Assembly (NCBI GenBank): GCA_964539995.1
Contig: CAZILR010000001.1
Span: 1-50,949, forward strand
DNA length: 50,949 nt
Source: an uncultured Planctomyces sp.
GTDB lineage: Bacteria; Planctomycetota; Planctomycetia; Planctomycetales; Planctomycetaceae
Reading direction: 5' to 3'
A program made the position numbers and the translations under genes. The notes below the pieces were generated by a model, which saw only the letters and a list, made by a program, of their open reading frames with translations, had not been told where the DNA came from and made no database searches. The first letter of the stretch is position 1, and each line of letters starts with the position of its first letter. Shown here piece by piece: positions 12,301 to 20,700 of the stretch.

Positions 12301-15300
12301 CGAATCGATCACGACGACCGAGTAACCACGGCCATCAATCCCCTCGAAGTCGCTGCGAAATTGAGGTAAATCGACCAGATCTTCTGGTCGTACCCCGCCA
12401 GTCCCTGATGTGTTCAACGGCGTCGAGAATTCGTTGTCTCCGGAATCTCCTGTGGATGACAACGTGAGTCGTTGCTGAGCAGCGAGGTCCGCAATGGGAT
12501 CAAGCGTCTTGAACAACGACGTGGTGGTGACTCGCGTGTCGATCGGAAAAACGGTTTTCAGCCCCAGAGCAGGACCAGTCACGATCGCGATCGGACTCGA
12601 ACCGGGAAGCAGATCATCAAATCGGTATTTCCCCAGAGCGTCGGTTTCCGTGAACCGCTCGTCGTTGTTCAACTCTCCGTCGCGATTGCTGTCCACGAAG
12701 ACGGTGACTCCCGGTCGAATTGGCTCGCCGGGTTCTTGGATTTTATCACCGTCGTCCACCCAGACTGTGCCCTCCACCTTGGGCCTGATTCGAGGCGGCA
12801 GCCATTGGCCGACAACCGGCGCGTCGCCAGGGAATCCATAGTCGAGTTGATAATCCACATGCGGGTTGATGCTGGGGCGACCGGAGTTGATGCTCGGATC
12901 GCTTTCATTGCGTCCCAGATACCACCTCATCAATCCATTGAACGTGACAGACCCGATCGTACCGACATCAGAGTCGTTGTCGCCGTCCCAATCACCAACA
13001 ACGACTTGGTCACCCGCCAATCCATACTGAGCTTGAGTGTTGCTGACCAACGTCACGGCGTTGGCGTTTCCGTTGTCTTGAGGCCGGTTGGTTTCAAAGT
13101 TCCACGTCAGCAGCGGTAAGCCTTGTGGGTTTCGTTCCTGAGTGATGAAAGCCAGATGATCGCGCCGATCACCTTGAACCCACTTCCCAACGACCGGCTT
13201 CACGAGGATCGCGTCGGCACTTTCGACACCAAAGACATAGGTGGCCTCAGCGAATACATCGTTGTCTAAGTTGAGAAACCAAGTGTATTGCTTCCGCGCG
13301 ACACCGTTGATGGTCACGGTTTCTTCACGCACGACTCCCAAATCGTCCGTGCCATTGCCGTCCCAATCGCCGACCACGGGTGTGTCGGTTGGGAAACCGA
13401 AGTGTTGAATGATCTCCGGATCGGGATCAAAGTCGGTGTCCAGCAGCCATTCGAGCAGACCATTGGAACCTGCTCGGACAACGCCGAGTTGGTCGCGATT
13501 TCCCCCGGTCCAGTTGCCAACGACGGGACGATCAGCGGCTAAGCCGTATCGAATATTGAGTTCGTTGGTGGGATCGCGATCGGTGTCGAGCAACCAACGT
13601 GTCGAACGAAACACACCAATATCCTGCGAGTTCACGACATCGACGCCGCCGGTCACTGCGAAAGTCCGCACTGGAAGACGTTGATCGCTGGTAATGACTT
13701 GAATGGTGCCTGTGCGCGGGACCAGTTCGTTTGCGGTATCGACGGTGAATTGGCTCGCGTCCATGTGAAGCGTGAATGTCGCAAATCCCCCGTTGGCCGG
13801 AATGGAGCCAGCCGGCGGTTGCTCGATGCGTTTGATCGGAAAGTCGCCGCCGATCAGCGAAACGGCGTTGGCACCGATGATCAGAGGCTCATTGCCGTCG
13901 TTGCGAATAGTGACGGTGCGCGCAGCAGCGACGCCTTGGTTGACCGTGCCGAAGTCGATCGTGCCTTGATTCACGGCGACCTCGGGAAAGATGGCGATGG
14001 CTCCCGTGATTGAGCCGACCAGTTTAATCGCGACAGTACGCTCACTGGGGTCGTTGGTCGTGATACTCAACGTCCCGGACTGAGCACCGGCGATCGAGTC
14101 CTTCAGCGTAACGGTGATCGCTAAAGTCCCTTGGCTGGGGATTGTGAAAGGACCACTAGGCGACACCGTAAACTGCCCGACGCTGGCCGGCAGCGATCCG
14201 ATCAAATCGGAGGTGCCATCGTTCCTTAGTGTGATGGTCTGCGATCGAGTGGCGTTGGATGTGCCGCGCTGCAAAGCGCCAAGGTTCAATTCCAGTGGTG
14301 CCAGATCCGTACCGCTCGGCCCCAGAACCGTTGCTTCGGGGATCTTCCAAATCCCTGCGACGGGAATGTCAGAAGGCAGGCCGTAGCGGAAGTCGTAATC
14401 AACGTGTGGGTCGCGATTGATATCGAGATACCAGCGGCGACGTTCGGAGCTGCTCACCCCACCGCCTGGCAAGAGTTGATGTTCGATGATGCCAGCATCA
14501 TCGTCACCGTCGCCATCCCAGTCGCCAACAAGGTGCGTTTGGCTAGATACCGCGGGATTCGGGACTAAGCCAAAATTGAAGGTTGCATCAGTCCCGTAGT
14601 TGAACCGGCTCAGTCCTGCTGAAACCGTGGTGATGTTAGCGAACGGTGCGAGTGCCCACGTTCTGGGTGAACCGACGACGGTGTTCTTGAGAATACGACC
14701 GACTTCGTCTCGCCCATCTCCATTCCAGTCACCGACAATGGCGGTATCGCCTTCCAAGCCGTAGGTGACGACGACATTCTGTGTCAGTTCTTTCGCTGAA
14801 CCATCGGCATTCGGAGTTGGGATCGTGGCGGTGGAGATTTTCCACTCCAGCCGTTTCCGACCGGTTGCCGCATCAACGACTGATCCGGGGCGGACGACCC
14901 CGAAGTCGTCACGGCCGTCGTTGTTAAAGTCTCCGACGACAGGGACATCACCCGGCACACCAAACAGAAACCGCAATTCGTCACCGGTATCCGTGTCAGT
15001 GTCCAAGAGCCAGAGCAGTTTGCCGTTGGATTCTCTTACGACCCCCGCGTAGGTGATGTTCTGGCTGTCGCTGATCCAATCACCCACGATCGGAATGTCT
15101 GTTGAGAATCCATACTCCAGACTCAACTCGGGAGCCGGATCGCGGTCGATGTCCAGCAACCATTGGTTGAATTGACTGCCATTGGGACGAACAACGCCGG
15201 GATATTCCGCCCGTGGAAGATCCGCCACGCTCCCCTGAACCGTGAACGAGAAGGTGGGCCGCAACACGTCGTTGGTCTTGAAGCTGACCGAGCCGGTACG

Positions 15301-16827
15301 ACTTCCGAGACTGCCGCTGGTCGTCATGCGCACGTCAAACGTCGCGAACGCGTTAGGGATCAACGTCGTCGCAGTGAAGTTGGCGGCCAGAGTGAAGTTT
15401 CCCGTGACGGCCAGATCGCTGAGCACAAGGTTCTGATCGCCGTCGTTCCGAACAGTGAAGGTCCGAGTATGGAGCACGTTGCTCGCAGCGGGGCCAAATG
15501 GAATCGTGCTGGAAGGGGCCACCGCAAAGACCGTCGTGACAGGACCATGCACCTGACCCCGGATCGGAATGGTGAATTGGGCTTCATTGTCGTCGCTCGT
15601 CGTGAACGTGATGTCGCCCGTGAAGGTTCCGACCGTCCCCGTTTTCAATCGGACGGTGAATTGATCGGACTCGCCGGGAGTAAGCGGTGACGTCAGCCCC
15701 TCCACGATTTCATAGCCATTGGGAACCGTGAGACCGCCGACCGTCAAGTTTTGATTGCCAGTGCTGTTGACCTGAAAAGTAATGCTTGGCTCTGCCTGCC
15801 CCAAGTTGGTCTCGCCGAATTCTTGAACAATGGGCGCAGGAAGTAACTCCTTGTCGATGACGGCGGTGTTGCCTTTGAAGACTTCGATCTCGGATTGACG
15901 AAAGAGACCGGTTCGCACGATGTCCGCCGGGCGACCGTTTGACGCTGGCAAACCAAACTGCACCGTTTTGTTGACGCCGATCGGAAGGTTTCCGACCGGA
16001 TTTGAATAGTTCCCATCGGTGTCGAGATACCAGGTCAGCGGCGACGTCGATGGATCGACGTAACCGAAGTTGTCGGCGGAGTCATTGTCGTTCCAATTGC
16101 CGACCACGGGAATCATGGACGATGCACCGAAGGTGGTCGTCGGGTACTCGAATCCCAGAATGCCATTGGTTTGAAGTCGAATATGCCACTCCCAGGACGA
16201 ACCGACACGCTTGACGTAACCGACGTCCGTTGTGCCGTTGCCATCCCAGTCGCCACTGATGGGAGTTGCACCAGCGGGTCCGTATGTCAGCGAACGCTCC
16301 GCATCGCCGTTCAATGAACTGGAGCTGGTATCGAAGTACCAGACGAGTTGTGTGCCTTGAGTTCTCACCACACCTGGATCGTCAACGCCAATCCCATCCC
16401 AGTTTCCGACGATCGGTGTGTCTCCCGGAAGACCGAAGACAAGAGGCTCACCTTCATGTTCGGCATCGCCGTCGGTATCGCGATACCAACGCAAGTACTG
16501 CTGAGTCTGGCCGGGCTTGAGAGGTTCCTGCCGCACCACTCCGAAGTCGTCGAAGCCATCGTTGTCCCAGTCGCCGACGACCGGAACATCGCGACGACCG
16601 CGTTCGTCGATCCCAACTTTGGCTTGGCCGAAAATGCGATCGATTTCATGACCGGAATCGGAGTCCGTATCAATGTGCCAAGTGTAGTAGCCGTAGGCGA
16701 CGGAACTACCGCTGGAGTAGTCGCCGAGATCTCGAACCGCAGCCAGCAAATCGGCGGCCAGCAAGGTTCGGTCTTCCAAAGCCTCGACCGTTTCTGATCG
16801 CAGCCTCCGCCTCTGATGAGTTTTCAT
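6310..16827 (-). CDS. Giant (about 3500 aa) mosaic surface/secreted protein: FG-GAP/VCBS repeats, Ig-like modules, embedded S8 subtilase domain, FG-GAP propeller, cadherin-like module, RTX calcium-binding repeats
   Basis: Single frame 6310..16920. The likely start is ATG 16827 (MKTHQRRRLRSETVEALEDRTLLAA). Motifs read in the translation: about 14 GDW(D/N)GDG..D.GVVR repeats; the subtilase triad VVVIDSGID / GHGTHVSGIIAG / SGTSQAAPFVTGAAV; DLNGDGFVDLIVAN, GDFNKDGRPDLVIG and SDLDGDGYADVAAT; a cadherin-like module ending VTIQVIDEPE; and GGxGNDxL nonapeptides. Confidence 0.95.
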   Translation of the reverse strand: MKTHQRRRLRSETVEALEDRTLLAADLLAAVRDLGDYSSGSSVAYGYYTWHIDTDSDSGHEIDRIFGQAKVGIDERGRRDVPVVGDWDNDGFDDFGVVRQEPLKPGQTQQYLRWYRDTDGDAEHEGEPLVFGLPGDTPIVGNWDGIGVDDPGVVRTQGTQLVWYFDTSSSSLNGDAERSLTYGPAGATPISGDWDGNGTTDVGYVKRVGSSWEWHIRLQTNGILGFEYPTTTFGASSMIPVVGNWNDNDSADNFGYVDPSTSPLTWYLDTDGNYSNPVGNLPIGVNKTVQFGLPASNGRPADIVRTGLFRQSEIEVFKGNTAVIDKELLPAPIVQEFGETNLGQAEPSITFQVNSTGNQNLTVGGLTVPNGYEIVEGLTSPLTPGESDQFTVRLKTGTVGTFTGDITFTTSDDNEAQFTIPIRGQVHGPVTTVFAVAPSSTIPFGPAASNVLHTRTFTVRNDGDQNLVLSDLAVTGNFTLAANFTATTLIPNAFATFDVRMTTSGSLGSRTGSVSFKTNDVLRPTFSFTVQGSVADLPRAEYPGVVRPNGSQFNQWLLDIDRDPAPELSLEYGFSTDIPIVGDWISDSQNITYAGVVRESNGKLLWLLDTDTDTGDELRFLFGVPGDVPVVGDFNNDGRDDFGVVRPGSVVDAATGRKRLEWKISTATIPTPNADGSAKELTQNVVVTYGLEGDTAIVGDWNGDGRDEVGRILKNTVVGSPRTWALAPFANITTVSAGLSRFNYGTDATFNFGLVPNPAVSSQTHLVGDWDGDGDDDAGIIEHQLLPGGGVSSSERRRWYLDINRDPHVDYDFRYGLPSDIPVAGIWKIPEATVLGPSGTDLAPLELNLGALQRGTSNATRSQTITLRNDGTSDLIGSLPASVGQFTVSPSGPFTIPSQGTLAITVTLKDSIAGAQSGTLSITTNDPSERTVAIKLVGSITGAIAIFPEVAVNQGTIDFGTVNQGVAAARTVTIRNDGNEPLIIGANAVSLIGGDFPIKRIEQPPAGSIPANGGFATFTLHMDASQFTVDTANELVPRTGTIQVITSDQRLPVRTFAVTGGVDVVNSQDIGVFRSTRWLLDTDRDPTNELNIRYGLAADRPVVGNWTGGNRDQLGVVRAGSNGLLEWLLDTDFDPDPEIIQHFGFPTDTPVVGDWDGNGTDDLGVVREETVTINGVARKQYTWFLNLDNDVFAEATYVFGVESADAILVKPVVGKWVQGDRRDHLAFITQERNPQGLPLLTWNFETNRPQDNGNANAVTLVSNTQAQYGLAGDQVVVGDWDGDNDSDVGTIGSVTFNGLMRWYLGRNESDPSINSGRPSINPHVDYQLDYGFPGDAPVVGQWLPPRIRPKVEGTVWVDDGDKIQEPGEPIRPGVTVFVDSNRDGELNNDERFTETDALGKYRFDDLLPGSSPIAIVTGPALGLKTVFPIDTRVTTTSLFKTLDPIADLAAQQRLTLSSTGDSGDNEFSTPLNTSGTGGVRPEDLVDLPQFRSDFEGIDGRGYSVVVIDSGIDLDHPAFGPDADNDGVGDRIIVHKTFVSGDTSTPMTEGQDTQGHGTHVSGIIAGESNFLGVAPGVDIIHLKVLGSGPTDTRTLEEALLWTVANAAVFNIVAVNLSLAAGNFSNPVADRALADEFAALEALRIITVAAAGNAHGPSTPLGVAYPAADPSVLAVGATYGAASSSRTWPTGATDIGPISIDEIAGFSQRSASLTDVFAPGVAIRGPALDGSVQLLSGTSQAAPFVTGAAVLIQQLAEERLGQRLTPAQFRELLRTTGQVIHDGDNEQGLMTRIDVGIDLHRLSVAALANAVLDKARLQSHVMNLAVSDVQVGNFGVQLVGASIPVDGTISGNVFGWASLSPEAKADTHIEIQQKFLETPPSPISVAIGNDGTFSRSNLPQGSYEVRLKHGSDVIQESPNGHNFKGIETATSVVSATGVTTIHLDGDARLDLAVVGTRAGSTSQALSTIELFRNVTPPPVNSEGQPPAFVADGTLTLPSNLRVPRSVVGWQQGSTNWLAVAAENDNTNQLRGAVVLYSRDSGSTAFGLSQSFVFNDTFKPRQMQLVDIDRDANQDVIVTNSSLPTLGQSAQLGLLRNSGASFSKLTFNTLGLAVHDLASTDLNGDGFVDLIVANHDGLVIHYGVAASANQLPFLDPIPLTDLGPAVQKVSVGDFNKDGRPDLVIGRGAHSDGPVSNWGVLLNQGVSTVPGRVAFSDLFQGGSIGGGSLGSAIPAIATLVASDLDGDGYADVAATLSGKPEMYVLFNEGVASGVSFLAAIPFEPSASIQGPPPAATIVANLNGDLQLDIVVANGHQELVNANSTLTQGYFDVYQNGLAAGTHLVALSPNATTGIADFTIEAFANAAPQVAASATISVLELTPPTTFIGTVEASDENPGQQGLTFSIVNATEGFPIQINSGNGQLTLRSSLDFESHPELTFEVQVKDSFGAARIQTVTIQVIDEPEVFEILANQWPESGGLTVSVESGRLLVSDTANSQVVVATWPMNQVEQLIVAGRVSSANHLTLQLSAGQLPLPIAGLFFTGGGHADDSLIVGGSLPITAVETAIASDLAGRTVMTWNQRSVVLTGVEHWVDNVTTANRRFTVNSDFASDVSVSPPASGELVSRFRMQLAGGDVSATIPELSASLPTSSNDDPISLTVTLSAANDLADFSNLPAMFLTVLGGAGNDLLIGSLANDRLEGGSGNDTLTGGRGNDTLMGSTGADSYLFAEATTLETDTLTELTNEGTADQLDFSSLSAAVSVIVDLSSTATTQLVHLNRNLIFSAANIENVIGGLGHDTLIGNLVANRLEGRSGNDTLTGASGNDTLVGGTGNDSLFGKFGDDVYVFQNETSTNERDVVTELSTEGTGDRLDFSLLSSGVTVDLSLGTLQVVFADFSLTISANTIENVTGGSGNDILKGTAAVNRLEGGPGNDQLVGRGGNDLYVFGLATSLETDSLIELATDGTGDQLDFSALPADVPITISLVGNAQTTLAAVHTNRSLIMIPESIESVIGGAGNDSLTGNKFNNSLDGRGGNDTLSGGLGNDSLDGGQGANTLTEFAATPNAINFVLTSTSLTGVGADKLLNLQTANLTGSTAKDTFTVSGWTGSGRLTGGGGTGDSVIATKNSGFLLSNSVLQSSDRSLNLALTGVSDASLTGGSGDDLFDLTGWTGTAKLIGGLGANKLSITRDTNFTLAATSLVSPSFGNLTLSQITVADLTGGSGNNTFNVSGWKGKGTLTGGGGIDTLVASRNVTTFALSDTRLITNVADNLDLALSDLRVANLTGSSGNDIFTVGNWTGSGSIHGGTGGVTDRIVVERDVDVTTLTNVSLISSGFGMLNLTGIETAQLLGGDSDNKLLADQFTLGSVTLRGGAGDDVLIGGSKKDSLDGGTGRDVLIGGLDSDTLIGGLDEDILIGGISSHSGNLSALIAIIAEWKRPDLDYASRVSNLRDSGVSSGTIKLDSASVKNDANAADRLNGSAASPNNVDLDWFFQSVGDALDAINGEIKTTL
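6700..7641 (-). repeat. About 4.5 tandem copies of a 61-68 aa repeat (consensus ..L...L......L.L......LTGGSG.D.F.V.GWTG.G.L.GG.G.D)
   Basis: Repeat units start at NFVLTSTSL (N codon at 7639-7641), GFLLSNSVL, NFTLAATSL, TFALSDTRL and TTLTNVSLI. Coordinates were derived by counting residues back from the stop at 6310. Confidence 0.75.
7690..8800 (-). repeat. Four RTX-type modules (GGxGNDxL nonapeptide runs, each followed by a conserved Y.F...D..E....G.D.LDFS.L segment)
   Basis: LEGGSGNDTLTGGRGNDTLMG (decoded at 8701-8760), LEGRSGNDTLTGASGNDTLVGGTGNDSLFG, LEGGPGNDQLVGRGGNDLYVF and LDGRGGNDTLSGGLGNDSLDGGQG. Each run is followed by ...GTGDxLDFSxL. Confidence 0.8.
11560..12340 (-). other. Peptidase S8 (subtilisin-like) catalytic domain embedded in the giant protein
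   Basis: Asp motif VVVIDSGIDLDHP decoded from 12281-12330. His motif GHGTHV at 12151-12168. Ser motif LLSGTSQAAPF at 11601-11634. The order is D-H-S, as in subtilases. Confidence 0.85.
12815..16700 (-). repeat. Intragenic FG-GAP/VCBS-like repeats (about 14 copies in three blocks of 4+5+5) interleaved with Ig-like modules
   Basis: Recurring (V/I)VG(D/N)W(D/N)GDG.DD.GVVR strings in the N-terminal third of the giant ORF. Block boundaries are approximate. The last copy, VVGQWLPP, was decoded at about 12790-12815. Confidence 0.75.
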
Positions 16828-17106
16828 CACCTGCTGTTGACGCCGAGTTTTGAACGACAAACACCACGAATCAATCCAAGAAGTGAGCAGCATCAGGACT
16901 CTCGGGGTCAGTGAAGTCAATCAGAGATCGACGTGAGAAGGGCATTGCGTCTCGACATTCTGGCCTGATGGCTATTCCAATCGCAATCACCAACCTCCAC
17001 GAACCTTGGATAACGGATCACTGCTTGATCCTGGCATGGACCCGCAATAGCCTGATTTGCCATCAATGTGGGGCAGGATGTCGGCGGGACTTGATTTCGG
17101 AAGGTA

Positions 17107-17742
17107 ATGGCAGTGGATTTCGCGGTGGAACAATCGACATCAATGACGCTGCTGGACAAAGCCAAAGGTGGAGACAGTGCCGCTTGGGACTTGTTGGTTC
17201 ACCTCTACACGCCGTTGATTTTTCGCCGCTGCCGCGCGCTGAATTTGACTCAAGAAGACGCGAGCGATGTTGTTCAAGAGGTCTTCCTCAAACTCTTGAA
17301 CGGCTTACCGAAGTTTGAAGCTCGTGTGAACGGCGGCTTCCGCAACTGGTTGCGGACGATCACGCGGAATGAAGTCACCAACTGGTTTCGCACGCGGACC
17401 AGAGAATTCGATGCGGTCGGCGGCACCGACGCGATGCTGCGCTGTCTCGATTTTCCAGAAGTGGTCACGGACGAGTCGCTCCTGTCATCCGCCAAACCCA
17501 GTGAAACGCAAGACGCTCTTCACGAAGCGCTTCGCCGAATTCGTGCCGAATTTTCCGATCAGGCTTGGCTCGCCTTTTGGCGCACGAAAGTGGATGGCAT
17601 GCCCAGCGCGCGTGTGGCTGAGGAGCTGAAGATCACCGACGGAGCCGTGCGCACTTCCGGCTATCGTGTCTTGCGCCGGCTCAAACAGCTCATCGGCGAT
17701 CAAGACAGCTCCGAGCCGGAATCGGCATCACGCGACGAATGA
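17107..17742 (+). CDS. ECF-type RNA polymerase sigma factor (sigma-70 family)
   Basis: Region-2-like DLLVHLYTPLIFRRCRALNLTQEDASDVVQEVFLKL and region-4 HTH-like PSARVAEELKITDGAVRTSGYRVLRRLKQL. The start could be ATG 17107 or ATG 17143 (MTLLDKAKGGD). Confidence 0.9.
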   Translation: MAVDFAVEQSTSMTLLDKAKGGDSAAWDLLVHLYTPLIFRRCRALNLTQEDASDVVQEVFLKLLNGLPKFEARVNGGFRNWLRTITRNEVTNWFRTRTREFDAVGGTDAMLRCLDFPEVVTDESLLSSAKPSETQDALHEALRRIRAEFSDQAWLAFWRTKVDGMPSARVAEELKITDGAVRTSGYRVLRRLKQLIGDQDSSEPESASRDE

Positions 17743-17757
17743 GCGATCGGCGGCCTC

Positions 17758-20700
17758 ATGTCTTCTTCTGAATGTTTCGATCGCTCGGTCTTGTTTCAAT
17801 TCGCATCATTTCGGCTTTCCGATGATCGCTTTGAACAAGTGGCGGCACACCTCGAAACCTGCCCGATCTGCCTGGCCGTTGTCGAGACTTTATCCTCCGA
17901 GCCTCTCACACGATCAGAGAGCCACAAGCCCGCAAGCATCCTCCGAGAGGACATGCAGACGTCGTCCGAATCCGACTCGAAGGACGTAGACGGGATCGCG
18001 ATCCAGAATCTGATTTCGCGAATGCTGCGTTTGCCACAGGCAGGTCCAAAGGCCAACGCCTCGTCCCCGTTATTGGAGCCGGGCGTTTGTCTCAACGATT
18101 TCGAGCTGGTCCAGCGATTGGGAGCGGGGAGCTTCGGCGAGGTCTGGCAAGCAATGGACCGCCGGTTGCGCCGCACGGTGGCCATCAAAGTTGCTCGGCG
18201 TCCCGATTCCGAGGCGGCTGGAAATGATTTCGAGCGAGAAGCTCGTGCCGCTGCGCAACTCGATCATCCGGCGATCGTCCGTGTCTTTGATGTCGGACAT
18301 TGGAACCGGTTGATTTACATCGTCACTGAATTTGTCGAAGGACAAACTCTCCAGGCCGCCGCTCGGTCATCTCCGTGGTCCTTCCGCCAGATTGCGGAGT
18401 GTTGCGAGACATTGGCACGCGGCCTCGCACATGCTCATCAGCGAGGCGTCATTCATCGTGACCTCAAGCCCGCGAATGTGTTGCTCGATGCGAATGGTCA
18501 GCCGCGCATTCTGGATTTTGGATTGGCTCGATTGGGAGGCGAACAGACCATCGCCGTCGAGGGCTGGCTGCTGGGCACGCCGGCCTACATGTCTCCGGAG
18601 CAGGCGCGCGGTCAGGCTCACTTGGTCGAACCGGAATCCGACGTGTATTCGCTGGGAGTGATCCTGTTCGAGTTGCTGACCGGCGAGCGACCCTTCCGCG
18701 GTGATCGAGAATCTTTGCTGGCTCAGGCAATCAATTCTCCCGCTCCCGCGCCGCGAAGTTTGAATCGGCAAACTCCGAAAGACCTGGATACGATCTGCCT
18801 GAAATGCTTGGAGAAAGAACCACGATTACGGTTCCGCTCGGCGAGTGACTTGGCCGATGAATTGCGACGGTACCTCGACCATCAGCCAATCGTGTCGCGC
18901 CCTGCGGGAGTCAGTGGCCGAGTCTGGCGTTGGTGTCTGAGGAAGCCTTGGATTGCGACGCTCAGCGGTCTGCTCATCGCCACGGCGTTGACGGCCAGCG
19001 TGCTCGTGACGTGGTCTTGGAGAAATGAAAAGTCGGCCAAGAAATTGGCGGTGCGACGTCTCGAATCGGCGGAAGACGCCATCACCGACCTGGTGCATTT
19101 GGCGGAAGGCATTCGTGACTTGCCGGGAGGCCAGCGACGTGGCCAGCAGATCCTGCAACGAGTGATCGAGCATTATCATCAAATGACCGACGCTAGCTTG
19201 CCAGATGATCCGGCGCAGCAGCGCGACATCGGCAATCTCTGGCTCAACTTAGCCGAGATCGAACAGTCGAGACATCAATGGGACGCCGCACGCCGGGCCG
19301 CCGACAAGGCTCAGCGAATTTGGGAAGCCTTGCGCCCACAAACTGCGTTTCGGGCCGAAGCGCTGCTCGGCCTGGCCAGCGTTCGACATCGACTTGGCTC
19401 AGTCCATGCCGCGAGTCAGCAGTATGCCGTGGCACTCGATGAACTCGGCCAAGCTCAGAAATGGATCAACGGACTCAGCCCCTTGCAGGGCGAGTTGGAA
19501 AAACATCGGCTCGCACTGACCGCGACGATTGCGTTCGATCAAGGACTGGCCTTGTTCGGACTCAAACGGTTCGCCGACGCCGAACAAAGCCTGTCGCAAT
19601 CGCACCAAGATTGGGACGCGCTGGTTCGACTCGACTCGGACCATCGGTTGGCGCGGCTGAATCAAATCCATTCGCTGCGCGTGCTCGGACGCATCCAGAA
19701 TGCTCGGCACTTACTCCGCGAAGCGGACGAGTCGATTCAACAAGCTCTGCGATTGGTGGAAGCGTGGCTGGGGTCCGAACCTGATGATCCTGAAATTGTG
19801 GAGTTGAAGGCTTCAACATTGTTGGACGTGGCCGACGTTGTGCGACGTCGGGGTCACTTCGGAGCGGAGCGAGAGCAACTGACGACTGCTCGCGAACAGT
19901 TGCAGCGGCTCCTGGAACTCGACAATCACAGTCCGCGCGTCCATTTGGAACTCACGCTGACTCTGACGCAATTGGCTCAGCTACAGCATCGAGCTGGCTC
20001 GAATCGTTCCGCGAAAGAGCTGATCGAAAAGGCTTGGGACCGAGCGGCGGAATTATCGGCCCTGTTTCCACAAGTGCCCGACTACACGCAAGCCCTCGCG
20101 ATTTGCTCGGACATTCATGGCGAGATTCTTCGCGAACTGGGTCTGGCCGACAAAGCGTTGGAACTGCATCGTTCGTCCGTCGAACTGTTCACGAACATGA
20201 TCGAAGCGACGCCCGACGTGCCTGACCTCAAGCAACGGTTGGCGATCAGTCACAGCCAGATCGGACAAGACTTGGCTCAGCGTCAGCAGTGGAAGGACTC
20301 TGAGACAGACTTTGACCGAGCGACGGAATTGCTCGAATCGCTGGCGTCACAGTTTCCCGATCAGAGGAGCTATCGCGAGTCACTCGCTGACGTGGTCACG
20401 GAGGCAGGGCTAGCCGCCGTGCAAGCTCAACGATTGCCGCAGGCACGCGAGTTGTTGGATCGTGCCACTCAACTTCGCCGCGAGTTGGCCGCGAGTGAAT
20501 CATCACCGGAGAACTTGCGGCAGTTGGTCTGGCTATTGTCCTCCAATCCGTTGGCGGAAGATCGTCGTCCGAAAGAAGCGTTGCCTCTCGCCGAGAAGCT
20601 TTGGCAGCGGGAACGTGGAAACGAGTTGTCCGTGTGTGTCAGCGTTCTGGCCTTGTGGCGTGCGGGCGACTGGCAGACGGCACGGTTACGGCTACGCGAG

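Noticed and set aside
16828-16920. 31-codon extension of the giant ORF (MTSLTPRVLMLLTSWIDSWCLSFKTRRQQQV).
   Set aside because: The downstream ATG at 16827 yields the basic-plus-LE-x-R leader also seen on the metzincin protein. The extension is probably non-coding, though this is not proven.
17127-17131. GGAAC, a possible ECF-type -35 element upstream of the sigma gene.
   Set aside because: It lies inside the ORF if the start is 17107, and only 12 nt from the alternative start at 17143. No matching -10 at proper spacing was found.
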